Shown: positions 12,601 through 26,744 of the stretch, in pieces | Numbering within the stretch: the stretch's first letter is position 1 | Layout: each line of letters starts with the position of its first letter | DNA from: Octopus sinensis | Taxonomy: Eukaryota | Length of the DNA: 64,000 nucleotides | Reading direction: 5' to 3' | Assembly (NCBI RefSeq): GCF_006345805.1 | Contig: NC_043006.1 | Location: 90,024,001-90,088,000 of the forward strand | The notes under the pieces: model-generated | Databases searched by the model: none | Seen by the model: the letters and a program-made list of their open reading frames with translations, nothing else | What the model was told of the DNA's origin: nothing | Program-made: the position numbers and the translations under genes

Positions 12601-14809
12601 TTCTCCCCTGCCTAAGTATACCTTTACACACACACACACACACACACACAAAAACACATATTGCTGGTGTTATGTAAATGGTACCCATGAAATCATAATC
12701 GTGGCCATTGCCAGCAGCATGATCTTTGAATTCTGGTCCTCAAGAAGGCAAGGTATGAGGTGGTGAAGCATAATCTTTGAATGTTGGGCCTCATGGAGTT
12801 GATGACAAGTGACCAAGACCTTGATGATATGCTGTGCTTGAGAAGACTCGTCAAGCCAAGTGAAACCATAGTCATGGCTGTTGCCAGTGTCATGTAAATG
12901 GCCTCTGTGCTGGTGACACGTAAAAAGCAGTCACTACACTCTTGGAGTGGTTGGCATTAGGAAGGACATCCAGCCATAGAAACTATGCCAAACCAGACTG
13001 GAACCTGGTACAGCTCTCCAGCTTACCAGTTCCAGTCAAACTATCCAACCCATGCCAGCATGGAAAGCAGACATTAAATGATGATGATGAAATGAAGGTA
13101 TGCACATACATCTATAGGAATATTCTTACAATATTCTTACAATATGGTTTCAGCAAAGGGAACATTTGCTAACAGTGGTGGCCATATTCTAAGACTAAGA
13201 ATAAATCAACTTATCTAATCTTCTACATTCCAAATGGAGTTCTTTCTTGTGGACGAACATGATTCCCAGATTGGAACCGCTACCTTTCTCTCTTTCTTGA
13301 AAGCTTATCTAAATTTCATTGCCTTCTTCCCAGAAAATCCTAGAATTACCAACATCAAGAATTATTAACAGTTATATTGCATTGACATTTTTATGATTGG
13401 CAAAAATTAATTGTGGGAAAAAATGTAATTGGATGTAAATCACATTAAAAATGTTTCAGTAGAAACTTTTATTTCTGTTGTGTTTAAACTGGTTACATTT
13501 TCAGAAAGAATTTATCACCTTTTAAAAGCCAACAGAAGCATCTAAATGTCCTCTTAAGTCAGCTAAATTTCACTTAATTACCGAGTTTTGATTACGTGGA
13601 TTATTAAGGTCCATAGTTTTGTGTTATAAGTTTGAAAAGTTGGTAAGATAGAGAAGACGCAGAAACAGAGACACAAAGAATTAGGAGGAAGGTCAGTGTT
13701 TTCCTCTGAGCTTTCAGAGAGTCACCAAGATTGGAGACAAGGAGGAGAAACGATGTCAGGAGTTACTGGTTTTGTTGTTGTTTAGTTGCATGTAAAACCT
13801 GACAGACCAGTGGTCAAGACATTTCAGTTATGAACATCCCACTTGTTTTCTTGGGGGTCATGGTGTAATCAAGACGACACAACCCAATGTGTCATTTTTT
13901 TTTTCTTTTAAGGCAAATGACTGAGATCACAACTTTCATTGCAAGAATCATGACCAGAAACTTTGAGGAAAGAGGGGCAAGTCAATTACATCGACCCCAA
14001 TATATGACTGGTACAACTTTATTAACCCTGAAGGGATGGAAAGCAGTTGATCTCAGTAGCATACAGGCTCAGAATGTAAAGAATTGGGGGGAAATGCTGC
14101 CAAGCATTTTGTCTGACATGCTAATGATTCTGCCAGTTCACTGCCTCAGATTAACCTTTAAATGACATTAAATTAAAAAATTAACAGAATTTTTTCCTCT
14201 CTCTGTTTATTTCCCCCAACTCTTTTCTTCATTTGAAGCTGCAATCATAATTCAATCCATGCTTGTGTGGATTTTCTGCGAACGCAAGTGAAATACACAA
14301 TTTATGGTATTATTCTGCACATCATTTTCAAGAGAGAATACGGAGTTACCATTGTCACATGTTATTGAAGCCAATTCATATTTATCTTTTTGATAGGAGG
14401 TTGAATATAGTAGCAGGACCTTTTACAGAACTTCTAAGAAAGATGGGAGGGAGACAAGTAGGTAGCTTCAAGCTGAAGGCCTCAATCCAAATGGTTGCAG
14501 ATGAGTGGACTAGCTGATGGCACTCAAAGAGCAAGTGACTGGGGTCTTGAAGGATTTAGAGGAACAAATTGACCACAAGACTGATTTTTACTCCATCTGT
14601 TCCCTTTTGCCAACCTGTTAAGTTACAAGAACATAAACAGACCAACACTAAGTGTCAATTGCAGGGAAAGAGGCAAACAGTAAGAAACACACACACACAC
14701 ACACACATTGAGACATATAGACACCACCCTACCACAAAACACACACATATGTATGTACGTATGCATCTGTCTATGTGTGTATGTGTGTGTGTGTGTGTAT
14801 ATATATCAT

Positions 14810-15200
14810 CATCATCATCATCGTTTAACGTCCGTTTTCCATGCTAGCATGGGTTGGACGCTTTTGACTGACGGCTGGCAACCAGATGGCTGCATCAGGC
14901 TCCAGTCTTGATCTGGCAGAGTTTCTACAGCTGGATGCCCTTCCTAACACCAACCACTCCGAGAGTATAGCGGGTGCTTTTTACGTGCCACCTGCATGGG
15001 GGCCAGTCAGGCGGTACTGGCAATGACCTTGCTTGACTCTTTTTACACGTGCCACCGACACAGGTGCCAGTGAAGCGATGTTGGCAACGATCATGCTCGA
15101 ATGGTGCCCTTTTACATGCCACGGGTACAGAAACCAGTTGGCTGCTCAGGCAACGATCACAACGATCATGCTCGGATGGTGTTCCTGGCACCCTACTAGC
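14810..15200 (-). repeat. RTE-3'-tail-derived repeat with (GAT)n tail
   Basis: catcatcgtttaacgtccgttttccatgctagcatgggttggacg. Recurs at about 1700, 8470-8700, 12860-13090, 15950-16130, 24790-25020, 34350-34620, 51700-51810, 55250-55440, 60050-60150, 60760-61020 and 63350-63500. Confidence 0.75.
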
Positions 15201-15319
15201 ACAGGCTATGACCCTCTCCGTAACCTTCATTATCTGATCCAACAGCTTGATACCTCTGTAATTATTTGTATCTAGGGTGTCACCTATAAATATATATATG
15301 TATATTTATAAATATATCA

Positions 15320-15770
15320 AAAGAAGTACCATAGATGCCATCTTCATCGTGAGACAGTTGCAAGAAAAGTATTTGGCCCAAAATAAGCCATTGCACTTAG
15401 CATTCGTCGACCTGGAGAAAGCTTTCGACAGTGTTCCCTGCTTTGTTATATGGTGGTCTTTAAGGAAGCTAGGAGTAGAGGAGTGGTTTGGTAGAGTAGT
15501 TCAAGCCATGTACAGTGGTGCTGTCAGTAAGGTGAGAGTCAGCCACAAATACAATGATGAACTTAGCATACAGGTAGGGATTCACCAGGGCTCAGTTCTT
15601 AGTCCATGCCTACTCGTCATAGTTCTCCAGGCCATGGGAACTGATATATGCTGATGACCTTGCTCTTATTGCAGAATTTGAAGCAGAATTGGAGAAGTTC
15701 CAGGTTTGGAAGCAAAATCTGGAATCAAAGGGAACGTAAAGTTAACTTAGCTAAAACTAAAGTTGTTGTT
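15320..15770 (+). mobile_element. RTE LINE RT fragment
   Basis: STIDAIFIVRQLQEKY, AFVDLEKAFDSVP and GIHQGSVLSP in ORF 15277..15654. Confidence 0.9.
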
Positions 15771-16217
15771 GATGATGATGATAAAATAGGCTCAAAGACA
15801 ATTTCCATCAACCAAATTCATTCAGAGATATAGCAGAAGACACTTGCCCAAAGTGTCACAGAGGAGGACTTAACCTGAAACCACATGGTTGCAAAGCAAG
15901 CTTCTTAACTACATGGCCATGCCTGCATCTATCTCAATGTGTGTGTAAGGAGTCCACTCTGTAAGGTGGTTGGTGTTAGGAAGGGTATCCACCATAAAAA
16001 GCCATGCCAAAACAGACCGTAAAGCCTGGTGCAGTGTTCTGCTTAGCCATCCCCTGGCAAAATGTCCAACCCATGTCAGCATGGAAAAACGGACATTAAA
16101 TAGTGATGATAATGATGATGATGATGATGATGATATGTATAATGAGATGGTCCAGTGATAGATGTAAATATCATAAAGAAAAAGAATGATAAACTTGAGC
16201 TTTGGAACAAAAGATAC

Positions 16218-16302
16218 CTTGTGGTATTTGTTCTGGTGAGTTGCACAGATGGTCCCTTGTCAGTCTCGCCATCATAAATGCAGTGAACCAATGATTGTCC
16301 CA
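16218..16302 (-). CDS. Penultimate coding exon
   Basis: gatttccag|TGGGAC...CCACAAG|gtatct. 85 nt, phase 0->1, encodes WDNHWFTAFMMARLTRDHLCNSPEQIPQ. Confidence 0.8.
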
Positions 16303-17759
16303 CTGGAAATCTTTAATCAACGAAATCATTGTTTACAAAATTGGAAAATAAAATAGAATAAAATAAACACACACAGCAAACAAGCGAGAAGCAAATAAGA
16401 TAAATAAATAGTGGAGTGAATGTGGCAGGGATGAACGGTCGTTGAAGGCTTTTTAAGCAGTTCACAATCTTTAATAAAGAAGATGCTTTTAGTCACAAAA
16501 ATATAGTAAATATCTGCAACAGAACCACCAAAAGCAATTATTTCAAGAACAGATCAATGTAGAACTGTTCAAACATGAATTCAAATCTACTACTTATGCC
16601 ACCACCGCTGTCAACACCACAGCTGCTACTACTACTACTGCTGTGTCTGCCCATCTGTTATGAATGAGTGAGTGAGTGTATTTTATGATTGGTTTATATG
16701 AAGTGAAATATTAATATGAAGAGGAATATTAACGAACCTGTTGACAAGGTTTTTTTAGTTTTAATTACTAAACTACACGCATTTGTAGTTTACACTTACA
16801 CATGTACATTTGCACTTACACACACACACACACATCTATACACAAAAGGGCTACTTTGATGAGAGATTTTAAACAGTTTTCAGTACGATCCAAGAAAACC
16901 CCCAAACCAATTAAAACTTGTCAAATTGTTTACTACTACTACCACCACCACTGTACTACAGCCCCAGATCAATACCTTGTGAGGGAATTCAGTTTATGGA
17001 AACCTGTATAATACGTCTGCACATATCTCACTCTTGATAATAATGTTAGATGAAGGCATGGCTGTGTGGTTAAGTTTGCTTTGCAGCCACCTGGCTTCAG
17101 GTTCAGTCCCACTGGCTACCTTTGTGTACGTGCCACTTCTCCCCACAACATTAATGTCTTTTAAGAGAAAGGTAATGACTTGTACAGCTTGCTACCAATG
17201 TCATGACAGGGACTGCCATCAAAATACTATGAAACAGAACAAATATCACAAGGGATCAATCCAATGCTTTAACAGTTCTATGATACTAAACAATTATTAC
17301 TTTTTCCTGACACCCAGAAGAATAAAAGGCAAAATTGACCACAGTAAGACTTGAATTCAAAGCACTGATGATTGGATTAAAAGCTGTGAGGCATTCTACC
17401 CAATGCTCTGATGACTGAACCAAATCATTGTGTGTGTGTGTGTGTCTGTGTGCATGCATGCATGGGTGCACGAGCATGTGTGTGTGTGAGCATGTATGTG
17501 TGTTTTCCAAAGTAAATCTTGATCTTGAGGTCCATTCGATTATGGCCCAAACAGTAAAACTTCAGCAACTGCTAAATAAGTGCCAGGCTTCGGTAAGTAC
17601 TGCAGGTGATATAATTGACTAAACCATTTGACAGAGATTGTGCTCCAGCATGGGCACAATCTAATGGTTGAAACCAAGAAAGAGTTTGCATTTGAAGAAA
17701 ATTGAAAACACAATTTCCTACCATTGTGGATTGAGTTTTCTTCAAATCATTACTCCCTT

Positions 17760-17990
17760 GAAGTAAAATTCTTAAAATATTAAGAATTCTCTCAAAATTT
17801 ACACCACATTTTTTTCATTTGAAATTACCATTCCTGTATAGGTGTGATTCATCTTCAATCAACCAGATAATTCTGAATTTGTGAGGACCAGCTTCATCCA
17901 AGGACTGCTTACATTTCAACAAAGCTGCGGTGCATTTTGGTATCAGGGTCAACAAGTAAGCGTTTGTGTTGCCCCGATACATATTTTAGG
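17760..17990 (-). mobile_element. Very degenerate Tc1/mariner-type transposase remnant
   Basis: Frameshifted RIIWLIEDESHLYRNGN resembles the first catalytic Asp motif 'I.WSDE.HF.LNG'. Confidence 0.3.
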
Positions 17991-19837
17991 ATTAAAATAG
18001 GCCTACTCTTCCTATCTACCCATTACATTCACAAGGCATTGGTCAGCTGTTCAAAATGTTTCACTGGGTAATGAACCCAAAACCACATGATTGTAAAGCA
18101 AGCTACTTGAAACATGTAGCCATCTGCCTAAATCATCATCATCACTTTTCCACGCATACATGTATCTGATGGATATTGTTCAAGTATTTTCTATGGCCAG
18201 ATGCCTTTCCTGTCACCAACCATCACCTGTTTCCTAGCAAAGTAAATATTACCCCGCCCCCCCTCCCATGGCCAGATATGTTTTCTACAAAAGACTGGAA
18301 ATTTACAGCATCACTTACATGATGCTATTTTTCATTTACAAGTGTCATGTGATGTCTAGACAAAGGCATGCGTGCACACACACACACACACGCACATACA
18401 CACACACATGCACATGTGCACACATGTTCACACATGTTCACACATGCACACACACACACAACAGGCTTTTTTCAGTTTCCAACTACCAAATCCTCTCACA
18501 AACCTTTGGTCCACCCGGGGCTATAACAGACGACATATGCTCAAGGTATTGTGTAGTGGAATTGAACCTGAGATCACAACATTAAGAAGCAAGCTTCTTA
18601 ACTACCCAGACACCTTCTGCACCTAAATGTGAATGGAAAAAACCCAAAATTGAACTGGCAACTCAGGAAACAAAAGACTGATTCTTTGTGGTTTAACAGT
18701 GAGACTGACACAGTAGTATGGTTATTCTTAGAATCCAGTTTCTGCTAGAGATGAAGCAAGAATATCTATCTATGTTATCAATAGAATGGCTTTTTTACAG
18801 CACTTCTTAGATTTCTTGCTTGCTGGTATGATTGTAATGGCCAGTGGGGTGTATGTGTTTGTGTGTGACTTCATTATAGAGAAATTGTTTGAAGAACAAC
18901 AAAAGTGAATGGCATCATTCTTCAATCTTTGCAAAGAATTTGAAACTGATCTTTACCTTACAAACCACTATGATACAGGCAAATATTATGATTCATTATT
19001 CGTAATTATTGTTTGCAGTTCTCCCACAATTTTCCATTGAGGGAAGGAGGGAAGGCATTGCTGTATCTGAGGAGAGTTGTTCACAATAAAACATCTATAA
19101 ACACTTCAAATATAATAAAATATCTTTGCACGTTTTCAATAGAAACAAACTTTCTTCTGAAGGTTAGTTGTGAGGTTTTGTTTTGTTATATTCTCTGTTA
19201 CTTCTCTTCTTTGTATCTTTGCTGATAGTTTAATCCCTGTGGATATTATAGGATTTCTCAACTACTTTCAATGGCACAAAATATACAAATTCAAGATAAA
19301 TTATACAAAAATCAATGAGTTCTTGTTTTCATAGCTCTAGCTCTGTATGTGCATGTGTGTGTGTGTGTGTATGTGCTGATCTGACAATATATACTTATAT
19401 ATATATATGATTATATACATATATACATACATATATATACATACAAACAAAACTAGATATGTATGTGTGTGTATATATATATATACATTTATATAAAATA
19501 TACATATATAAATGTGTATGTATTTATCTATTCGTCCGTTTGACAATCAAACTGTGAGTAGTTTTTGGTAAATCTGCTGCTTCTAAATTACTCTGATGTT
19601 CATACACATTGATATTATTTCAAAAATATAAAATAGATATTTGTTGATTGGCTGAATCATCAGACAAAATGCCTTGTGGTATTTAGGTACAGATCTTTGT
19701 TCTGAGTTCAAATTCTGCTAGGAGCCAATTTTTGCCTTTCATCTTTCTGGGATCAAGAAAATAAAATAACAGTTAAGTACATTTAATCAAACTGATCGTC
19801 TGCTCCATTTTCAAAGCTTTTACCCATGTTGAAAACA

Positions 19838-19870
<33 letters not shown>

Positions 19871-20174
19871 GAGGCAGAAGCTAGCTGAATCATCAGCATG
19901 CCTGACAAAATGCTTAGTGGCATTTTGTCCCATCTTTATGTTCTGACTTCTAATTCTGGAAATCTTAAACATTATATATTGTTGTGACTAACAGGAGAGT
20001 CACATTGCAATATTCAGTTTTTCTATGTCTTTGATCAATCCACCCATCCATCCAATCCACCAAAAAACCCACCCACCCCTCCATCCATCCATCCACATTG
20101 ACAAATACATCACAAGATGGACAGAAGAAGGAACAATTCAAATAAACTGTTCATAAAAAGATAGGGAGCCATGA

Positions 20175-21535
20175 TGACCCGCTTAACTACTGACCGGTTT
20201 CCCTTACTTCAATAATCAGCAAGATGTTCGAAACCATCCTTAAGAAAAGTATGTTGCTCCACCTCCAAAACACAGCCTCAATCTCTGATTCCCAACACGG
20301 CTTCGTGCCGGAGAGATCATGCTTGTCTAACTTACTGGTAATGGGAGAATTGGTGACATGTATCCTGGATGATGGTGATGCTGTTGACATTGTTTTATTG
20401 GACTTTGCTAAAGCTTTTGACTCGGTAAACCACTGCCTATTACTTGTCAAGCTTCAAGCATATAGCTTCCATCCGGATATTGTATGATGGGTTGGTGCCT
20501 TCTTCTCAGATCGCTCCTTCCAAGTCCAAATTAATGGTTCACTGTCCGACGTCTCCAGTGCGAGCAGTGGCATGCCTCAAGGTTCAGTGTTTGGGCCGTT
20601 ATTGCTTTTAGTCTTCATCAATGACTTGCCCAACGACCTCACGCAACACACCCTTCTATTTTCCGACGATGTCAAACTGGTCGCTCCTCACAGTGATATA
20701 GAGGATCTTCGTCGATGCCTCCACCAAGTTTGGAGATAGTCAAATGAATGGGATCTGTGTCTGAACGTGTCAAAGTGCTGTCATCTGCCTGATGGCTCCT
20801 CTCCTGCAACACAACTTGATTTCGAGCCGAGTCGTCTGCTGCTGGAGAAGACTGACCAAGTAAAGGACCTGGGTATCTTGGTGGATTCTTCCTTTTTGCC
20901 TTCGGTCGAATGCGTCCATGCTGCCAACAAAGCACACGGAGTTCTGTTTTTGATTCAACGGTCATTCGAAATGCTCACAGCAGCCATATTCCTACCGCTC
21001 TATGTCACGCTGGTGAGACCCATATTGGAGTACGGGATTCAAGCCTCTTCTCCTTATCTCCTCAAAGACATACATCATCTCGAAAGAGTCCAGAAGCTGG
21101 TTACCCACATGGTTCTTGGTCTCAGGCATTTGTCTTATGAAGAAAGGCTGAAGACGCTCGATCTTTATTCTCTAGAAAAACGCCACCGCCGTGGTGATCT
21201 CATTCTTGCTCACATCATAAGCGGAAAGTGTAACCTCTTGAAAGAGCTGTTCTTCACTCCTGCTCCAGAGCGTGGGCTGCGGGGTCACTCCAAAAAGCTC
21301 TATCTGTGACGATTTCATCTCAATCGAAGGAGAGGGGCTTTCTCCGTCCAGGTGGCGGATCCGTGGAATAAGCTGCCGGACGCGATAGTGAAGATGCCGA
21401 TGACCGCTTGGTTCAAAGTCTCTCTTGACCAGAAATGGCCTGAACTCTGTGTATGAACACCCTCCCTGTACATAACTCCATGTCCCCCTACATGGCCTTG
21501 CTTTTGCTTTTTGAGCCCAAAAAAAAAAAAAAAAT
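20175..21535 (+). mobile_element. 5'-truncated CR1-like LINE with poly(A) tail
   Basis: NY*PVSLTS, QHGFVPERSCLSNLL, LDFAKAFDSVNH, GMPQGSVFGP..FINDL, FSDDVKL, VRPILEY and RRGDLI. A-run at about 21518-21534. Few disablements. Confidence 0.9.
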
Positions 21536-22049
21536 TAAAGCGAAATATCTTAACAAGATAGCTGTGGGTGTTATTTGAACTTTGTATTAACAAGAAAAGT
21601 AGATATAAACAAACAACTGAACTGAAATGAAATGAAATAAACTTCATTGGCAAACAACTTAAACTGAGCTTTGTTATTGAAAACTGTGGTGTTGGTGGTG
21701 GTGGTCATGGTGAAGGTGGCAGTAGGGAGTGGATAGTGAAAAATGTGGCTTTTTTTCTTCTTCTTAATTGAACTAAATGTTTTACATCACCTGTCACTTA
21801 ATGCATGTGCATAAGTGCAATTATATATCATCTGCTCGCTTGAAGATGGATGTTTCTTTATGAAATATGGATGACAGATGATGTAAGCTAACAAGAGAAA
21901 GAATGAGACTGTATGGGCAATGGTGTAAAGAGAAGCGGAGAGATGAATTACTAGGACAAGTACAGGGGTATCGGAGTGTGTAAAATGGGGAAATATGCAT
22001 CAAAAGGTGGGTATTTATAACCGATGAGGGAAAGTGTTCAGACTATATG

Positions 22050-22245
22050 GTTGAAAATTGCAACATTGGTGCCATGAATATTCTCTGTAATCATTGTGAA
22101 GCTCTTAGATTTATAAATGAAGAACCGTCTGAACGGCTGAGAGAATGGGAGAGTTATACTCCTTCAATTACAATCTTATACAGAAGGACTGAAAGGTATC
22201 TCTAAATGAAAATAAGGCAGAATAGGCAATTTATAAAGGAACACT
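22050..22245 (+). mobile_element. Autonomous Helitron N-terminal zinc-finger remnant
   Basis: CNIGAMNILCNHCEALRFINE..(frameshift)ENGRVILLQL..NRQFIK resembles the Helitron motif 'IG.M...C.HC.A..F..E....CC..GKV.LP'. Confidence 0.55.
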
Positions 22246-22349
22246 AATTGGTAGGGCTCTATTTAAACTTACAACCATCTAAAGTATTTTGTATTTATTG
22301 TGAAATTTCCATGAGTACTGCAAGTTATTATTATTATTATTATTATTAT

Positions 22350-22690
<341 letters not shown>

Positions 22691-22829
22691 AACTTGGTTG
22701 TTAATGCTCACTCTGCCCCAACAACTTATCATTATTATTATTATTATTACTTTTATTATCATTATTATTATTATTAAGCTTGTAAATACTAATTTAATTG
22801 GCAGGGATTTTATCTTCATGCTTGGTGAT

Positions 22830-23140
22830 AATTTTTCTCAAAATTCAAAATTCTTTCTGAGAATTCTTGTAAAATATAGGAAGGCACTTTTCTGTAGGTT
22901 CACAGTGTGTGTTTCAATTCCAATCGCTTTCAGTCTATTTGGTAGAATTTTGGGTGTTGTGCCAAATGCACCAATTACCACCAGAATAATTGTTCTTATG
23001 GTCTCTCACAGTCTCCTCAGTTCTCAAAAGCTAGATCCTGATATTTCTCCATTTTTATCAATTTTTGCTATTATACAGAATTGCAAAATCTATCATCTTG
23101 CACTGTTTCATTTTGTCTTCTGTTATCATATCTGGTTGTC
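22830..23140 (-). mobile_element. R4/Dong-like LINE REL-domain fragment
   Basis: RQPDMITEDK..CKMIDFAI..., IGAFGTTPK and LQKSAFLY..RILRK in shifted frames. Confidence 0.7.
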
Positions 23141-23421
23141 TTCTTCACTGTCATTATCATCATCATCATCATTATTATTTGTTGGATGAGCAAAATCATT
23201 AAGGCACTGGACAAAGTGCTCTGTATTGTTGCTTCCAGTTCTTACATTCTAAGTTCAAATGCCACCATGGTTGACTTTGTCTTTCACCATTTCAGAGTCA
23301 AAAAGAAAAAGTTCCAAACAAAGGTAAATAGATAAAAGATTTATAAAAAGGAAGAGCAGATTCAGATAAAGACAATGGTCCTCATGACTGAGAGAAGTGA
23401 ACATAAGGTTTTCATCCCTAC

Positions 23422-23458
23422 CAGCAGGCTATGGGTTGGCACATGTGCATCTGTATAT
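23422..23458 (-). CDS. Internal coding exon (37 nt)
   Basis: tattgtatcattatag|ATATACAG...CTGCTG|gtaggg. Phase 2->0, encodes YTDAHVPTHSLL. The only phase-bridging candidate I found between its neighbours; the VPT motif fits a thioredoxin cis-Pro loop. Confidence 0.6.
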
Positions 23459-23724
23459 CTATAATGATACAATATCAGAAGAAATCCTAACTGTTGTTTA
23501 CATCCACTTTTTCAGGCTTACATGAGAGTCAGGCAGAATGCATTCAGACAAATTATCATCTACAGCCAGATGCTCTCCCTGTTACCAACCCTCACCTGTT
23601 TCCAACCAAGATTATATTCACAGTTGGCCAGACAATAGCATTACTTTTATTATGGAGTGGTTTGTTTACAAATACTGCATGATTTCCAGACAAAGAGACA
23701 CACACACACAATGATATACATATA

Positions 23725-23769
<45 letters not shown>

Positions 23770-23949
23770 CAAAATGGGGCAAGAACCCAAAACATCCAGA
23801 CAACTAAGTAATACAAAAAGGGACAACAAAACATCCAGATAGATGATACAAAGAAAACAAAGACGGGTAATTCGAAGTTTTCTATCTTCAGTCAAGAACC
23901 AGATTATTCTCTCAATTTTGGCTGATTATATATATATTTATGCATGCAA

Positions 23950-24760
23950 GAGAAAAACTGGGCACAAGTGGAATTAGATGTAGTGTGCAAGATTGTGCTG
24001 GTATTGACATGGATGAGGACAGCTGTATAAAGAAGATAATGAAGCGTTAATCACTAAAAGTGGTCAGAACTTGTAGAAAAGAGAGACCCAGGAAGACATG
24101 AATTGAAGTGACAAAAGTTGATCTCAGGAGCCAAAGCTGAATGGAAGAGATGACAAAGGAACAGTAATATGAAATGGTCAAGAAGATCCACCCATATCCA
24201 CAACTCTGACTTCTGGAAGCACTGTGTGCATATATATATTCATAAATGAACACCTCACCAAAATCTCCTCCAAACACCTCTCCCCCAACTCTCTGTGTGT
24301 ACCCCCATCCTTGACCCCTTGAGACCATCCTATTTTTCTTGTTACCTGGAAGCATTACACTTGTCAAGAATTCTTCATCTTTTATTATTCACCAAACCCA
24401 CATGTTAGCAATTCTGCTTACCCTGAACTGCAAAATTCTTTCCTCACATGCATTCCACCTAACTTTACCCCATGCTCCACTTCTCGTTCCAGTAGCCTAA
24501 CCAACCAAATATCATCTCCCCCTTGTCCTCCCTTCTACACTCCACCATCTTCCCCAACTCATGCATCACTGGTCCTCCATCATTCTCTACATCCACCTTC
24601 AATCCTACCTCATCTTTACAGTTGTTGCCTACCTCCCTTCAAACTCCTACCCCCATACACACCTTCAAATTCCCACCCACTCTCCTCTAAAATTAAATAA
24701 CCATGTAACTCCTTTACAAGAACATGCTTGTCCCTGTCTGCCCCCACCATCTGTCATACT
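23950..24760. mobile_element. Degenerate RTE fragments
   Basis: Plus-strand C-terminal remnant (RPRKT..EV..VDL) at 24000-24200, followed by an old pyrimidine-rich fragment. Confidence 0.45.
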
Positions 24761-26744
24761 TTAACCCCTAATCTCCTTGCATAAATCCCAACCACCACAA
24801 ATGGCTTTTGTAGTCTTGTGAGCTGCATGGTAACCTCACAAGTGCTGGCAGCATGAAAAGAACAGAGTACAGACTGTAATGTGGTTGACATTGGCAAATG
24901 CATCCAACCACAGAAACCGTTCCAAAGCAGACCTTGAACCACTGGACTAGTTGCTGTCTTTTGATCCATTAGATCTTGTCAAATCATCCAACATGGAATA
25001 TGCGTGTTAAATGAGGATGAGACAAACATACAAATAAATATGACGGGCTTCTTTCAGTTTCTATCAACCATTTCCAATCACAAGACTTGGGCCAGCACAG
25101 TGTTAGGATCTCTTCAGTTTGGTTCACATATTTTTAATTATTTTGTTTTTTGATAGCTTGAAACTTCGTAAACTGGTGTAATTTCTCATGCCTAACACAG
25201 TTTACTTCCAACATTTTTGACAAAATTTTGTATTTTAGAAGTTATTTCGTGTTAAAGTTGTTGAATTTGGGTAATTTTAACCAATCAACAATGTGTATTC
25301 AGCTGAAGAAATCTACTGCTGTTTGCGATAGTAATCGAGGAGTAACACCTTCTGGGTCATCTCTGTGTTGAAAAATACACATTTAGTAGAGACGACACCC
25401 AAGGTTCTACATACTGGGACTGAATCCAAAACCACATGATTAGGAAGCAACCTTCTCATGCATCTCCACCACACAGTTATGCCTAAAACTAGGCAAGCCA
25501 TGTTGTAAGAAACACTGTTGTTAATAAAATCACTGACTGTAATTAAATGACAGAATTGTATGAATGCTAGGCAACATTCCTTGCAATGTTTGGTCTGGCA
25601 TTTTGCATTCTGAGATGAATTCCTGCCATGGCCTATTTAGGCCATTGGCTCTTCACCTGGTTTAACTACTTAGTCCTTAGGTAGCTGTCTGCTAAGGTTG
25701 TCAATAGTTTGATGCTTAGAATTGTCATTCTCACAGATTTGCTGCCTTCCAAGGTTACCAAGCTCTCTTCTACCACATAGATACTACTATAGACTAAAAA
25801 TACCACAAACAATTCTTTCCAGTGTTTCTAATGATTCCACCAAGTCATCTTACCAAAGATAAAAGAGGAGTTTGGGTAAAAGAAAAAAAAGAAAACTAGC
25901 AGTAATAACTGTGTCTTCAACAGAGTATGTAAGTATGTGCGCGCGCGCGCATGTGTGTGTGTGTGTGTATGTGTGTGTGTGTGTACTGTTTTGAGAACAC
26001 ACAGAAAACAACAAGAGGAAGAAGACTATAAAATGTATTATGTTTACACTTTGATTTACAGTTCTGATCTCTCATTATCTTTAGTATGACAGTGATTAAT
26101 ATTGAGTTTATCTTAATATAATTAACTAAAAAGAAAAGAAATAATGCATCGAAAGTTGAAAAATGATATCTACACAAGAAAAAATAAAAAGAATAAAAGT
26201 GTCTTTTTTTAAAAAAAATGATAAATAAATAAATAAAATTCAGACCTTTTAGTAAGATGAATTTTTATTGGAGTACTTCACAAGATTTATTTCAATAAAT
26301 GTTTTTCTGCCAAACTAGAATATTCTTGTGTTGAATTTATTTTAAGTGATTAAAAAAAAATCAATCTTTGAAGAATTTATTTAGAATATAAGTTACGTTC
26401 AATGCAACATTGAACTATCATAAATTAAGAGAGAATATATTTAATTTAGAACCAAGATATTTAATAAGCTAGACACAAGAAAAATGTTGAAAAAGTATAA
26501 CAGACAAACGAAAAAAAAACGGAGTTAATTAGTTTGTTAGCTGGTATAAATACGCTTTTTATTTATGTAGATCTGATATTTTTGTTGAGTTATTCTTGAA
26601 GTAATAAAAGAATTAGAAGCAATGTCAACTTCCTCATAAAGGTCAATGTTGTACATTGTTTCTTCAATTGTAAAAGGGATCAACCAATTCCAAAACATCC
26701 CTATTTACACAATTCTTCAACATTATAAGAATAAAGGATTTCTT

